NCBI GenBank assembly: GCA_039024555.1
Contig: JBCCQQ010000021.1
Coordinates: 1-64,000, forward strand
Length of the DNA: 64,000 bases
Origin: Cyanobacteria bacterium P01_D01_bin.156
Lineage (GTDB): Bacteria; Cyanobacteriota; Cyanobacteriia; Phormidesmidales; Phormidesmidaceae
Direction: 5' to 3'
Both the position numbers and the translations under genes were made by a program. Numbering within the stretch: the first letter of the stretch is position 1; every line of letters starts with the position of its first letter. Shown here in pieces: positions 1-10,110 of the stretch. The notes under the pieces were generated by a model, which had not been told where the DNA came from, ran no database searches, and worked only from the letters and a program-made list of their open reading frames with translations.

Positions 1-548
1 AGACCGTGGTCAGTGGCAGTGATGACAAAACGATTCGACTGTGGGACTTGCAGGGTAACCCGATTGGCGAGCCGTTCGAGGGGCATTCGGCTTCTGTTTG
101 GTCAGTGACCTTTAGCCCTGATGGCAAGACTGTGGTCAGTAGCAGTTCTGACAAAACGATTCGACTGTGGGACTTGCAGGGTAACCCGATTGGCGAGCCG
201 TTCGAGGGGCATTCGGCTTATGTTAGGTCAGTAGCCTTTAGCCCCGATGGCAAGACTGTGGTCAGTGGCAGTTCTGACAAAATGATTCGACTGTGGGACC
301 TGAATGGAACCCCCATCGGTGAGCCCTTCGAGGGGCATTTGGATTATGTTAGGTCAGTGGCCTTTAGCCCCGATGGCAAGACCGTGGTCAGTGGCAGTGA
401 TGATAAAACGATTCGACTGTGGGATCTGAATGGAACCCCCATCGGTGAGCCGTTCGAGGGGCATTCGGATCATGTTAGGTCGGTGGCCTTTAGCCTCGAT
501 GGAAAGACCGTGGTCAGTAGCAGTTCTGACAAAACGATTCGACTGTGG
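1..548 (+). repeat. 126-bp near-identical tandem repeats encoding WD40 units
   Basis: Repeated blocks such as ATTCGACTGTGGGA and TTCGAGGGGCATT at 126-bp spacing. Confidence 0.9.
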
Positions 549-686
549 CGGGGGAACTGGCGTAGTTGGTTAGCGCTTTGTTGCAATCGTTTGCGTTACC
601 ATCCTATTTTCAAAGATCCACCGGATGATATGGCACGGGAAGCCTGCGAAGTATGCCAACGCCTGGTGTGGGATCACGAAGAATAG
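3..686 (+). CDS. WD40-repeat protein, C-terminal part (5' end outside window); likely STAND/NACHT-WD40 type
   Basis: Tandem 42-aa repeats GH..V.SVAFSPDGKTVVSGS.DKTIRLWD; the frame is open from position 3. Confidence 0.9.
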   Translation, partial: TVVSGSDDKTIRLWDLQGNPIGEPFEGHSASVWSVTFSPDGKTVVSSSSDKTIRLWDLQGNPIGEPFEGHSAYVRSVAFSPDGKTVVSGSSDKMIRLWDLNGTPIGEPFEGHLDYVRSVAFSPDGKTVVSGSDDKTIRLWDLNGTPIGEPFEGHSDHVRSVAFSLDGKTVVSSSSDKTIRLWRGNWRSWLALCCNRLRYHPIFKDPPDDMAREACEVCQRLVWDHEE

Positions 687-689
687 CGA

Positions 690-774
690 TAGAACTGTTT
701 GGGAAAGGGGGAAAAGGGGATGCAATCATAGATAGTTAAAGCATCCCATATGGCCATTTCCCCAAACGGCTTTA
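690..774. repeat. Long imperfect inverted repeat between convergent genes (MITE-like or bidirectional terminator)
   Basis: TAGAACTGTTTGGG ... CCCAAACGGCTTTA ends, with inner GGGATGC/GCATCCC arms. Confidence 0.5.
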
Positions 775-784
775 GAGAAAAATT

Positions 785-1192
785 TTACTTTTCAGGACAA
801 TGACAATAGGCCAGAAAACTAGCCACATCTGCCCCCTGACCAAACTCTCTTCGATCATACCCCTGCCCACCCGCATAAACTTGCCACAGTGCTAGCTGAT
901 TACCACGATATAACAGCTGTTGAACCAACTCATCAGCGGCAGATTGTTCAACGCCCCATCCAAGTTCAATACTGAGGGCAGCATCGGGATAAATCATCAC
1001 GCTTAAATAACTAGCAGGACGATTATCCCGATGATTCCATGTGCGACCATCGTCACTAGTGAACTCTGCCAACATCAAACCCTGAACCCATTGCCTAAAC
1101 TCAGCTATGGGCATGTTGAATTTAAGATCAAGATAATAGTTAGGGCCGCTGGTGCTGTTCCTGATTTCCCAGTACCAATTAAACCTTTCCAT
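785..1192 (-). CDS. hypothetical protein
   Basis: 135-aa ORF with ATG start and protein-like composition; no motif recognised. Confidence 0.6.
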   Translation of the reverse strand: MERFNWYWEIRNSTSGPNYYLDLKFNMPIAEFRQWVQGLMLAEFTSDDGRTWNHRDNRPASYLSVMIYPDAALSIELGWGVEQSAADELVQQLLYRGNQLALWQVYAGGQGYDRREFGQGADVASFLAYCHCPEK

Positions 1193-1290
1193 ATTTGGAT
1201 TCGTCTTTGTTAATCATATCGGTTGGGCAGTGTTTGATAGTGCTCAGGATTGCTCAGGGCTTTCCTCTTTTGGACCTATCTAATTCATGG

Positions 1291-1510
1291 CTATGGTGTG
1301 ATAAGTCAGAGAGAATGGCTAATCCTCTTAATTTTCACTAGTTTCAGAATAATCTAGTCAAGGTTCCCCTTCGTAAGGGGAATCGTCAGGGAGGGGTTTG
1401 GATAACTCGCGCTAACGACCGAAGCCCCCTCCGTTGGTTTCCCTTGACAAGGGGAACCGTTGCTTTTCATGCTCAATGCTAATAATCTTTCAGTTGTGTA
1501 TACACCGTAG
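1291..1510. mobile_element. MITE-like element (TIR CTAYGGTGT) carrying a nested 97-bp palindromic element at 1362-1458
   Basis: CTATGGTGTG ... TACACCGTAG ends; shares TCAGAGAGAATGGCT and CTTTCAG-TTGT with the uninterrupted copy near 13230-13352; inner element GGTTCCCCTT...AAGGGGAACC. Confidence 0.7.
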
Positions 1511-1547
1511 GCTGTTCGTGGGGCTCAACTCTCCCCCTTAGCCTTCC

Positions 1548-3074
1548 TTAGCTACCAAAAGCCGATAGATCCAAAGACTCCATACCCTCAAAGAATGTTA
1601 GCAGCCTTGCAACAATTGTGGACACTCCCCCTTCCACATTAGATTCAAGATTTAAAGGAAGAACCGGATCGTGGAGAGACAGACGCAATAAAAACCAGCC
1701 ATCTTCTTCAGGAGATTGGCAAGATACCCGAATTCCTTCATAGTTGTTAGGCACAAGGGACCAGCCAGCCTGTTCTGCTGAGAATGCCTGAAGCTTCTCA
1801 ATAACAGTCTCACCGTAGACTTTAAAATCATCAGCCGTTATTTTGATGCGAATCTCTCGACTCTCCTTAGGTTCCTTTAGAGTGGCAATTAAATCCGTTA
1901 GGGAACGGCCTGCCTGGTTTGCCTTGGCTAATTCAATCAGGAGCTTACTGACTAAATAGGCACCATCATCTAGAAAATAATTTTCTTGCATGGCCCCATG
2001 GCCAGAGGTTTCAATGGCTAGCCAAGATTCCTCTCCCGTTTGGGTGAGGCGGACGGCCTCGTTGATCACATTTTTATAGCCCCGCTTAAACCGATGGTGC
2101 TTACCGTGGAGATCTTGCTCAATAAATTGGGTCAGACCATCTGAAGTAATAGAGTCAGTGACAATGGTAGAGCCTGGATGTTCTTGCAACACAATGGCAG
2201 ACATCAGGGCAATCAGGCGATTGCGGTTGAGTTCTCGACCTTGATGATCCACGGCGGCGGAACGGTCCACATCGGTATCGAAAATGATACCAAAGTCCGC
2301 AGACTGGTCCAGTACGGCCTGACGGATGGAGGCCATGGCATCGGCATTTTCAGGATTGGGAATGTGGTTGGGAAACATCCCATCGGGATCTAAAAACTGA
2401 CTCCCTGCAGTGTCGGCCCCTAGGGGTTCCAGGACCTTGCTAGCAAAAAAACCGCCAGCCCCGTTGCCCGCATCAACAATAATTTTGAGTCCCTGTAAAG
2501 GCTGCTCAAAGTGGTCAGGGTGGTTAACGGCAGTCCGAATTTTTTGCACTAGCTGGTCGGCATACACAGAGATAAAATCTCGGACTTCGATTTTGCCAGC
2601 GGTAGCGGCTGTTAGAAAGTCATTTTGTTGCGCTAAGGTCAGAATCTCTGTAATGTCTGTTTTACCTAACCCACCCTGGGCGGTAAAAAACTTGAGACCA
2701 TTGCGATTAAAGGGCAAATGACTGGCGGTCATCATAATGGCACCATCGCAGTCAAAGCCGGGGGTGACTGTGCTCATAAACATGGCTGGAGTGGATGCCA
2801 TGCCAACGTCATACACCCCAGTGCCGAGGGACGCCATGCCGTTGATTACCCCTGCCATAAGCTGCGGTCCGGAGAGGCGGCTATCACGCCCGATGGCCAG
2901 CTGTAATTCTGCAGTAGGTTTACCGAGTTTGGTGGCGAGCCATGAGGTAAAGGCTTGCCCCAGACAGTTAGCGATATCGGGGGTCAGGTTTACGGCTTCA
3001 TTCGCCACACCGTCCATCGCCACACCGCGAATATCTGAACCGTTTTGAAGTTTTTTCCAGTTAAAATCCTGCAT
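1548..3074 (-). CDS. phosphomannomutase/phosphoglucomutase
   Basis: GSDIRG, TASHLP phosphoserine motif, DTDVDR metal loop, IETSGH. Confidence 0.95.
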   Translation of the reverse strand: MQDFNWKKLQNGSDIRGVAMDGVANEAVNLTPDIANCLGQAFTSWLATKLGKPTAELQLAIGRDSRLSGPQLMAGVINGMASLGTGVYDVGMASTPAMFMSTVTPGFDCDGAIMMTASHLPFNRNGLKFFTAQGGLGKTDITEILTLAQQNDFLTAATAGKIEVRDFISVYADQLVQKIRTAVNHPDHFEQPLQGLKIIVDAGNGAGGFFASKVLEPLGADTAGSQFLDPDGMFPNHIPNPENADAMASIRQAVLDQSADFGIIFDTDVDRSAAVDHQGRELNRNRLIALMSAIVLQEHPGSTIVTDSITSDGLTQFIEQDLHGKHHRFKRGYKNVINEAVRLTQTGEESWLAIETSGHGAMQENYFLDDGAYLVSKLLIELAKANQAGRSLTDLIATLKEPKESREIRIKITADDFKVYGETVIEKLQAFSAEQAGWSLVPNNYEGIRVSCQSPEEDGWFLLRLSLHDPVLPLNLESNVEGGVSTIVARLLTFFEGMESLDLSAFGS

Positions 3075-3393
3075 GGTACAGAGTCACCGTTGGGAATGGA
3101 TCAGATTTGAGTATGGCCTGGGAACTCAAAAATCTAGAAAATCCACCAATTTTGTTAATTTGACACGGCAGAATTGGGCCATGGCGAGATACAGGTAAAT
3201 TTAGTTGGAAGAAAGACAGCAACGTGAACGTCGAGCTTTACATTGGTTAAATCCTAATAAAGCTTCCAGATGCTTGAGTTTCTTAGTCTAAGTTTAATCT
3301 AGGCTCCGTATAATCACGGTAGTATTTTGCATCCAACATCATGTGTATTTGGGTTTTTGAAGCTAGCTAGAAAGTTGTCGTTCTGCCTGGATC

Positions 3394-4371
3394 GTGACTG
3401 ATTTTTCTGTTGTTATTTGCACCTATAACGGCGAGCATCGCTTGCCTAAATTATTGGATCGGCTGCGATCGCAAATTACTCCCCACGACCTCACATGGGA
3501 AATCCTCATTGTTGACAACAACAGTCAAGATCAAACAGCCAGGTACATATCTCAACAACAACAACAACATTGGTCCTCCCCCTGGCCCTTACGCTACAAG
3601 TTTGAACCCCGCCAGGGACTGGCCTACGCCCGCCGTTGTGCTATCCAAAACATCCATAGTCAGCTCGTAGGCTTTTTAGATGACGACACCTTACCCGCAA
3701 ATAACTGGGTCGCCCAAGCCTATGATTTTGCCCAACGCCATCCTGAGGTGGGTGCCTATGGTAGCGCTATCAACGGACAGTATGAAAGCCAGCCACCTAA
3801 AGGATTTGAACGTATTGCCAGCTGTCTAGCGGTAATTCAGCGAGGAGATACGGCATTTCAGTACGATACCGGTCTGTTGCCAGCGGGTGCGGGTATGGTG
3901 ATCCGCCGTCAGGCTTGGCTGGACTGTATACCTGCAGAACCAGATCTCACCGGGGTGTGCGGAGCCAGCCTAAACGCCAAGGGTGAAGATATCGAAACCC
4001 TGAGCTACATTCGCCAGGGCGGCTGGTCTATTTGGCATAATCCCCAAATGCAGCTCACCCATGTGATACCGGCCCATCGGCTGCGGCCCAGCTATTTATT
4101 GCGATTGTTTCAGTCCATTGGCAATAGCCGATATCCCCTACGCCGCCTACGATATCGCCCCTGGCAGCGACCTATTATGCTGTTACTGCATAGCCTCAAC
4201 GATCTGCGCAAACTTATCGTCCATATTGCTGAAACTCAACAGCTTCAGCCAACGGACATTGTCACTGCCTGCGAGCGCACGTTGCTGGTCCATAGTTTGA
4301 TGAGCCCCATCAAAGGACAAAGGGTAAATGCCATTATGCAATTTGTTAACTTTTATAACACAATAAGGTAG
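3394..4371 (+). CDS. hpsE: GT2 glycosyltransferase, hormogonium polysaccharide HpsE-like
   Basis: SVVICTYN, VDNNS, FLDDD, GAGMVIRRQAW, GEDIE motifs; orthology to hpsE not verified. Confidence 0.75.
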   Translation: MTDFSVVICTYNGEHRLPKLLDRLRSQITPHDLTWEILIVDNNSQDQTARYISQQQQQHWSSPWPLRYKFEPRQGLAYARRCAIQNIHSQLVGFLDDDTLPANNWVAQAYDFAQRHPEVGAYGSAINGQYESQPPKGFERIASCLAVIQRGDTAFQYDTGLLPAGAGMVIRRQAWLDCIPAEPDLTGVCGASLNAKGEDIETLSYIRQGGWSIWHNPQMQLTHVIPAHRLRPSYLLRLFQSIGNSRYPLRRLRYRPWQRPIMLLLHSLNDLRKLIVHIAETQQLQPTDIVTACERTLLVHSLMSPIKGQRVNAIMQFVNFYNTIR

Positions 4372-4394
4372 AACGAATACCCATCAATGCCACC

Positions 4395-5783
4395 ATGACG
4401 GCTACTTACTCCCAAAACCTATCTGAGAGTCCTACACCCTTGGGCGGTCCTGACCCACAGCGGTTTGATTGGTTTGAAGCTTGGTATCCGGTCCATTATG
4501 TAGAAGATCTCGATAAAACCAGACCAACACGGTTTACCCTGCTAGGCCAGGCGGTGGTGATTTGGTGGGAGCCAAACGCTGAGACCTGGCGAGTGCTGGC
4601 GGATCAATGTCCCCATCGGTTGGCCCCCCTGTCAGAAGGCCGCATCAATGAAGCAGGGCAGCTGGAATGTCCTTATCACGGCTGGGCTTTTTCCGGAACG
4701 GGGATGTGTGAATATATTCCCCAGCAGTCTGCCGATGGAGAAGCCAATTTACCAAATCGAGCCTGTGTAACATCCATGCCCACGGAGGTACGCCAGGGTC
4801 TGTTGTTTGTGTATCCGGGTAAGCCCGAAAATGCAGCACGGGTGGAAGTACCGATTATTGACCCCGTAGAGGCCGAGCCCGACGGCTGGGTAATGCTCAA
4901 CACCTTTCGCGATTTACCCTACGATGCGCTAACGCTGTTGGAAAATGTGTTGGACGCTAGCCATATTCCCTACACGCACCATAAAACAGTGGGTAAGCGA
5001 GAGAATGCGGCACCGATGCAGATGGATGTGGTCACCTCGGGTAAGCAAGGATTTAAGGGGATTTGGCCTGAAGGACCACGGAAGGGGACACTGGGCACAC
5101 AGCACACCACATTTGTGGCCCCTGCTCTGATGTATCACGATTTAACGTCAAAACAGTTTGGCCGCACGCTGACGGTGGTATACGCCACACCGATGGAAAA
5201 AGGGAAATGTCGTTTGTTTGCCCGGTTTCCGTTTAAGTTCTCATCCAAGCTACCGGCATTTTTTATTAAGCTGACACCTCGGTGGTACAGCCATGTGGGC
5301 AATAACCGGGTGCTAGAAGATGATCAAATCTTTTTACACATTCAGGAGCGGCTGTTGGAGAAGCAACAGCATCGTCCCTATGCTCAAAGTTGTTACTTGC
5401 CAACCCAGGCAGATCGCTATGTGGTGGCATTTCGCAAATGGATTAGTGATTTTGAAGCAGATCCATTTGATGGGGAGGCATTACCGCCGGAGCTTTCTAC
5501 CGATGCGTTGATGGCTCGGTATGAGTCCCATACAAAACACTGCGGTAGCTGTGGTCCGGCGCTGAAGCGGATTCAGGCAATTCGGAAAGGGGCTTTGATT
5601 CTTAGTGCTATGATTTGGTCGTTGGTGCCTTTGGTAGTTGCGATCGCTGGAACACTTTCCTGGCAAATCAGCGCTGCTTTAACTGGAGTGCCTTTACTAG
5701 CCATGGCGGTGTGGCTATGGTTGGGCAACCTAGAACAGAAGTTCTACAAAGGTGATCCAGTTCCACCACGCAACCTGGCTTAA
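4395..5783 (+). CDS. Rieske 2Fe-2S oxygenase, pheophorbide a oxygenase family
   Basis: CPHR...CPYHGW Rieske motif, ENVLDASHIPYTHH mononuclear Fe motif, C-terminal CxxC and TM helices. Confidence 0.9.
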   Translation: MTATYSQNLSESPTPLGGPDPQRFDWFEAWYPVHYVEDLDKTRPTRFTLLGQAVVIWWEPNAETWRVLADQCPHRLAPLSEGRINEAGQLECPYHGWAFSGTGMCEYIPQQSADGEANLPNRACVTSMPTEVRQGLLFVYPGKPENAARVEVPIIDPVEAEPDGWVMLNTFRDLPYDALTLLENVLDASHIPYTHHKTVGKRENAAPMQMDVVTSGKQGFKGIWPEGPRKGTLGTQHTTFVAPALMYHDLTSKQFGRTLTVVYATPMEKGKCRLFARFPFKFSSKLPAFFIKLTPRWYSHVGNNRVLEDDQIFLHIQERLLEKQQHRPYAQSCYLPTQADRYVVAFRKWISDFEADPFDGEALPPELSTDALMARYESHTKHCGSCGPALKRIQAIRKGALILSAMIWSLVPLVVAIAGTLSWQISAALTGVPLLAMAVWLWLGNLEQKFYKGDPVPPRNLA

Positions 5784-5834
5784 GTTCCACAATTCACAGC
5801 GCTTATATGTCTCTGTCCTCATAGTCATGTGCGT

Positions 5835-6515
5835 TTAGCCTATACCCTGAGGCCAAAACTGACTGGCATAAAGGGCTGCTTGGGTGCGATCGCGAAGCTG
5901 GAGCTGACTCAAAATGCTCGTAACATGGTTCCGCACCGTCCGTTCCGAGATAAACAACTTTTCTCCGATCTCACGGTTATTGAGCCCTGAAACAATTAAC
6001 TGGAGTACTTCCTGCTCCCGTGGAGATAGCGATCTCAACTTTTCAGGCAGTACAATGTCAGCTGCAATGGGAGTCACCTTTGCAGCGTGAGAAGAGGCTA
6101 ACGTTTTCTCAAATAAACCAGGCCCCATATGGGTATATCCCTGATAAACCGCTCGAATGGCACTGACGAGTTCCTGAATCGGCGTTTGTTTGAGCAGATA
6201 GCCTTTTGCACCCCAACGCATGGCCTGCTGCACATATTCCGTATCATCAAATGTAGTCAGCACTAAAATGTTCACCTCTGGAAAATCAGCACAGATTTGT
6301 TTTGTTGCCGCCACACCATCGACCACCGGCATACGTACATCCATCAAAATTACATTTGGCTGGTTTGGGGTGCCATAAAGTGTTGCAACTTGATCAATGG
6401 CTTGCTGACCATTGGCAGCATCACCCACCACCTGTAAATCCGGCTGATTTTCCAACAGGTTGGCTAGGCCCTGTCGAATAATGGGTTGGTCATCCACCAG
6501 CAAGACACGAATCAT
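5835..6515 (-). CDS. NarL/LuxR-family response regulator
   Basis: VLLVDD receiver domain, LMDVRMP, C-terminal LSPREQEVL...ISERTVRNHV HTH. Confidence 0.95.
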   Translation of the reverse strand: MIRVLLVDDQPIIRQGLANLLENQPDLQVVGDAANGQQAIDQVATLYGTPNQPNVILMDVRMPVVDGVAATKQICADFPEVNILVLTTFDDTEYVQQAMRWGAKGYLLKQTPIQELVSAIRAVYQGYTHMGPGLFEKTLASSHAAKVTPIAADIVLPEKLRSLSPREQEVLQLIVSGLNNREIGEKLFISERTVRNHVTSILSQLQLRDRTQAALYASQFWPQGIG

Positions 6516-6731
6516 TGTTTTTGCCTCTTTAGGGATCGGTGCGAAAAGAAAATATCTGTAAGGAAAGGCAAATGGGGAAGGGACAAGGGAAGTCCAGCTT
6601 CAAAGTCCCAAAATATAGCTCGAAGGGCCTTTAAGAAAGAGGTTTTGGGGGCAAATATCGAATAGTTAGGCGGCCCAATAGCATTTTACAAAAGGTCTAA
6701 CTGACCTATTTACTGCTAAATGCTCAACAGC

Positions 6732-7997
6732 CTACGCAGGATACTCTAGAGACTTTGAAAAGGGTAAAATCACGCTAATGCGGCAGCCAGAATCGGGGGC
6801 ACTCCAGATTTGGCAGGTTCCCCCCAGGGCGGTGGCCCGTTCTTTCATCCCCCGCAAGCCAAACCCTGTTGTATTTTTGCTAGGGTCAAACCCCTTGCCA
6901 TTGTCTAATACCTGCACATAAAGACTCTGCGGTTTAGTGGATAGCTGCACAGATAGCTGAGTGGCTTGGGCATGTTTCACCACATTGGTAAGGGCTTCTT
7001 GCACAATCCGGTAGGCGGTCAGACTCAGCTCATCGGATAAGGGTGCGGTGATGTTAATCGCACAAGTTGGTGTTATCGGTATCGAGTGGCAGACTTTATT
7101 CACCAATTCAGGAATCGCATTTTGCAGAGGTTTATCGGATTGGGGAGAGTCGCGCAGGGCGGCAACGGCGCGGGAAACTTCTTTGAGTGCCTGATAGGAC
7201 GAATCCTTGGCTTCAAGTAGATAAGATTTGGCCTTTGTCGGATCTCGTTCCCAAAATAAAAAGACATTTTCTAGCAAGATGGTTTGAGCCGTCAGAGAAT
7301 GCCCCAGGGAGTCATGGATTTCGCGGGCGATGCGGTTGCGTTCTTGTAGTGCAGCTTGGCCTTCAACCTGAAGCGCATACTGTTGCAGCTGAGCATGGGC
7401 AATCTCCAGCTTCTGTTGATTTCTGTGCACTGCGAGTAAGGCATCCACCAGCAAGAAGACAAACAGGAGCGCCAGGGTAAAGAGAATGATGACATTGGTT
7501 TGAAACACGCTCACCTGCCAGGACTCAGGAGTCGATGCCAGTCGAGCCAGGTTTTGGCTAACCGCCCTTTGGCCTAACATGAGAGATACAAAGAGGTGCA
7601 TACCAAAGGTAAGGCCCGCCACCACAAGCCGCCCTTGGGTTTGAAAAATTTGGCAACTGCGGATCATGATCACCAGCCCCAGCAGCGGGATAATCCGCAT
7701 CATCATTGGATTATCAAGACAACTTAGTATCAAAACGCCGAAGAGGCTAAGCTCAATCGCAGTGTAGAGCAACTTAGCCCGGAGCCGAGTCAGCGGTAGG
7801 TACAGCCCCATGACGCCAAGCAAACCAAACAAGAGGAGTTCTGGCCAGAACTCCTGAAATACTTGATGGAGAATCATGGTCGTAATGCTGACCAGCACTC
7901 CCATGCTGAGCAAAATCCACTCTACATATAACAATAGGCGCAGCGGTCTGGCGGCGGTACGTTTTGGAGCTAATCGGTGAGGTGGATTTAGTAGCAT
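6732..7997 (-). CDS. membrane sensor histidine kinase (HisKA_3 / NarX-like)
   Basis: N-terminal TM helices, ERNRIAREIHDSLGH, QEALTNVVKHA, DNGKGF, GFGLRGM. Confidence 0.95.
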   Translation of the reverse strand: MLLNPPHRLAPKRTAARPLRLLLYVEWILLSMGVLVSITTMILHQVFQEFWPELLLFGLLGVMGLYLPLTRLRAKLLYTAIELSLFGVLILSCLDNPMMMRIIPLLGLVIMIRSCQIFQTQGRLVVAGLTFGMHLFVSLMLGQRAVSQNLARLASTPESWQVSVFQTNVIILFTLALLFVFLLVDALLAVHRNQQKLEIAHAQLQQYALQVEGQAALQERNRIAREIHDSLGHSLTAQTILLENVFLFWERDPTKAKSYLLEAKDSSYQALKEVSRAVAALRDSPQSDKPLQNAIPELVNKVCHSIPITPTCAINITAPLSDELSLTAYRIVQEALTNVVKHAQATQLSVQLSTKPQSLYVQVLDNGKGFDPSKNTTGFGLRGMKERATALGGTCQIWSAPDSGCRISVILPFSKSLEYPA

Positions 7998-8129
7998 GCG
8001 CTTCGACCAAGTTTATCTAAACCGGGGGTACGGAACTCGGATTTGGTATTGCCTGGGATAATCCCCAATTTATCATTACAAAATTGGAGCTGCCCAGTCA
8101 CACAAGTCCTAATTTTGGCCACCTGGCAG

Positions 8130-8145
8130 TAGGACAATTCTCCTA
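8130..8145. promoter_or_regulatory. putative NarL-type inverted-repeat binding site
   Basis: TAGGAC-AATT-CTCCTA about 130 bp upstream of the kinase start; same form recurs at 10111. Confidence 0.4.
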
Positions 8146-8538
8146 GTCAAGCTGACCAATTGACAGAACACAATCAACTTCCGTTTCCACTAACCACGCT
8201 GAGTCAATAAAGCGACTAACCTCAACAAAGGTACAGGCGGGTCTGATTTCTGAAAACAACTCTCCGTGGGCCTTAGCGGCATCTTCCCAACGGGATATAT
8301 CAGTCAGCATAATCCGGGTTCTGATGATGTCATTGGATGTGCCACCCGCTTCTTCAATGGCTCGAATCGACAGTTCTAAGCAATACTTCGTTTGGCCATA
8401 AACATCACCAACGTATGCAGTCTCACCATTTTTGATGGGGGCTGTCCCTGAGACGGATATGATATTCCCGACCCTACAGGCCCTTGAAAAGCCAATGGGT
8501 CCTTCCAAGTGGGAACCTGAACTCACTAGTTTTCTCAT
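8143..8538 (-). CDS. RidA/YjgF family protein
   Basis: IGFSRACRVG, VSGTAP, RPACTFVEV, LVETEVD. Confidence 0.9.
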   Translation of the reverse strand: MRKLVSSGSHLEGPIGFSRACRVGNIISVSGTAPIKNGETAYVGDVYGQTKYCLELSIRAIEEAGGTSNDIIRTRIMLTDISRWEDAAKAHGELFSEIRPACTFVEVSRFIDSAWLVETEVDCVLSIGQLD

Positions 8539-8552
8539 TCGTTGCCCATCCT

Positions 8553-9785
8553 TTAATCCAAAGCAGCGGCGAGCGCGTCAATTAGCTGATTAATCTCTTC
8601 TTCAATGGTGTAATGGAGGAATGATACTCGAAGAACCCCTGGGTTAACGGGAATATTCATTCCTTTTAATGGACGAATACTGTAAAAACTACCCTGCCCT
8701 ATCATCAGTTTCTTCTCAGCCAGTACCTTGCACATGTCATCAATCGATTTCTTTTTGGGGACGACAGCAACTGTTGGCGCTCGTAGCTCTGGATCATCCG
8801 GCCCAACAATATCCACATCGTCACACTGCCGCAGCCACTCCAGAAGAGGCTTTAATAGCTTTTTCTCATGGTCCTGGAACAGTTTTTTGAGACGTCGTCC
8901 TTTTTCTGCCTGGTCAACGGTTTCAGAAAAATGGTGCGCATAAACAGTATCTAGATACTGGGCTACACCGGCAGTGGCTGCAATTTGGGCATGATCTGGA
9001 CCGGCGGGCAGCATCTTTTTGCGACTATTATGGGCATTGAAGGAGTGGCCCTGGTTGGGCAGCATATCCATAATTTCTTTCTTAATAGTCATGAGCCCGA
9101 GATGGGGACCCCAGGTTTTATAAAGAGAAAACAGGTAGATATCAGCTCCTAGCGAACCAATATCTGGTAGCCCATGGGGGGCGTGGGCTACGCCATCAAC
9201 AACAACACAGACGTTAGCGGCTTTTACTTTTGCGACGATTTTAGCAACTGGATTAGTATGACCAATGATATTAGAACAATGGGGGAATGCCAGCAGTTTT
9301 GTCTTGTTAGATAGTAGAACATCGAGATCATCCGGGTTTAGTATCCCTGTTTTAGGCTCAACACGCCATTCTTTGATAACGATGCCTGTTTTTTCTAAGC
9401 GTCTCCAAAACCCGGCATTAGCTTCATGATCTTGGTTGGAGAGGATGATTTCGTCCCCTTCGTTCCATAGCTCTCGGAAGGCGTGGGCTAAAACGTAGAG
9501 GTTCTGGGTGGTAGATGGACCAAAATGGACTTCATCTTCACCGACATTGAGATAAGCAGCCAACTGTCGATAGGCACCATCCATTGCCGCACCGGCTTTT
9601 AGTGCAGTTGGGTAATTGTAATAGGGCTGAACTTTGGTCTGGGTGTAATAGTTATTTAGGAGGGCAAGCACTTGTTGGCAAGTATAGGAGCCCCCTGCAT
9701 TTTCAAAAAAGCTCCAGCCGTTGAGTGATGGCTCTGAAAATGCAGGAAATTGACTTCTAATAAATGTTGAATCTAGCTGTGTCAA
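8553..9785 (-). CDS. aminotransferase class V / cysteine desulfurase-like PLP enzyme
   Basis: FFENAGGS, DHEAN, DGVAHAPH, FSLYKTWGPH; TTG start at 9785 follows a GAGGAG RBS. Confidence 0.85.
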   Translation of the reverse strand: MTQLDSTFIRSQFPAFSEPSLNGWSFFENAGGSYTCQQVLALLNNYYTQTKVQPYYNYPTALKAGAAMDGAYRQLAAYLNVGEDEVHFGPSTTQNLYVLAHAFRELWNEGDEIILSNQDHEANAGFWRRLEKTGIVIKEWRVEPKTGILNPDDLDVLLSNKTKLLAFPHCSNIIGHTNPVAKIVAKVKAANVCVVVDGVAHAPHGLPDIGSLGADIYLFSLYKTWGPHLGLMTIKKEIMDMLPNQGHSFNAHNSRKKMLPAGPDHAQIAATAGVAQYLDTVYAHHFSETVDQAEKGRRLKKLFQDHEKKLLKPLLEWLRQCDDVDIVGPDDPELRAPTVAVVPKKKSIDDMCKVLAEKKLMIGQGSFYSIRPLKGMNIPVNPGVLRVSFLHYTIEEEINQLIDALAAALD

Positions 9786-9873
9786 AGCTCTCTCCTCGTC
9801 TTTGACAAATCCTAACACTTATCTTTTACACTAGAAACGATTATTTTGGAGTAGGCTATCGTTGCGCTCATAA

Positions 9874-9976
9874 TAAGTAGGCATGCAAAGTTTCTTACAA
9901 AAGACTTTGACGGAATGGCTTTATTTTAGGTGGTTATTCAAAACCTGTTCTGTAACTAATTCTGCATAGGTACTTA
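9874..9976. mobile_element. MITE-like element with imperfect TAAGTA.. terminal inverted repeats
   Basis: TAAGTAGGCATGCA ... TGCATAGGTACTTA. Confidence 0.5.
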
Positions 9977-10110
9977 ACCTCCCTCTTCCTCAATAAATGT
10001 TTGTTTTGCTAGCTTTCGATCAGTTGAGCCTGAACGGAAATCTAGACGATTCCACATAAGTTGAATGTTCTCTTTTGAATTGGAGTTTTCCCTTTTCTCA
10101 TAAACACAAT

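Noticed and set aside
1..548. Diversity-generating retroelement target in the WD40 repeats
   Set aside because: Differences are not adenine-specific, all copies are coding, and no reverse transcriptase is present
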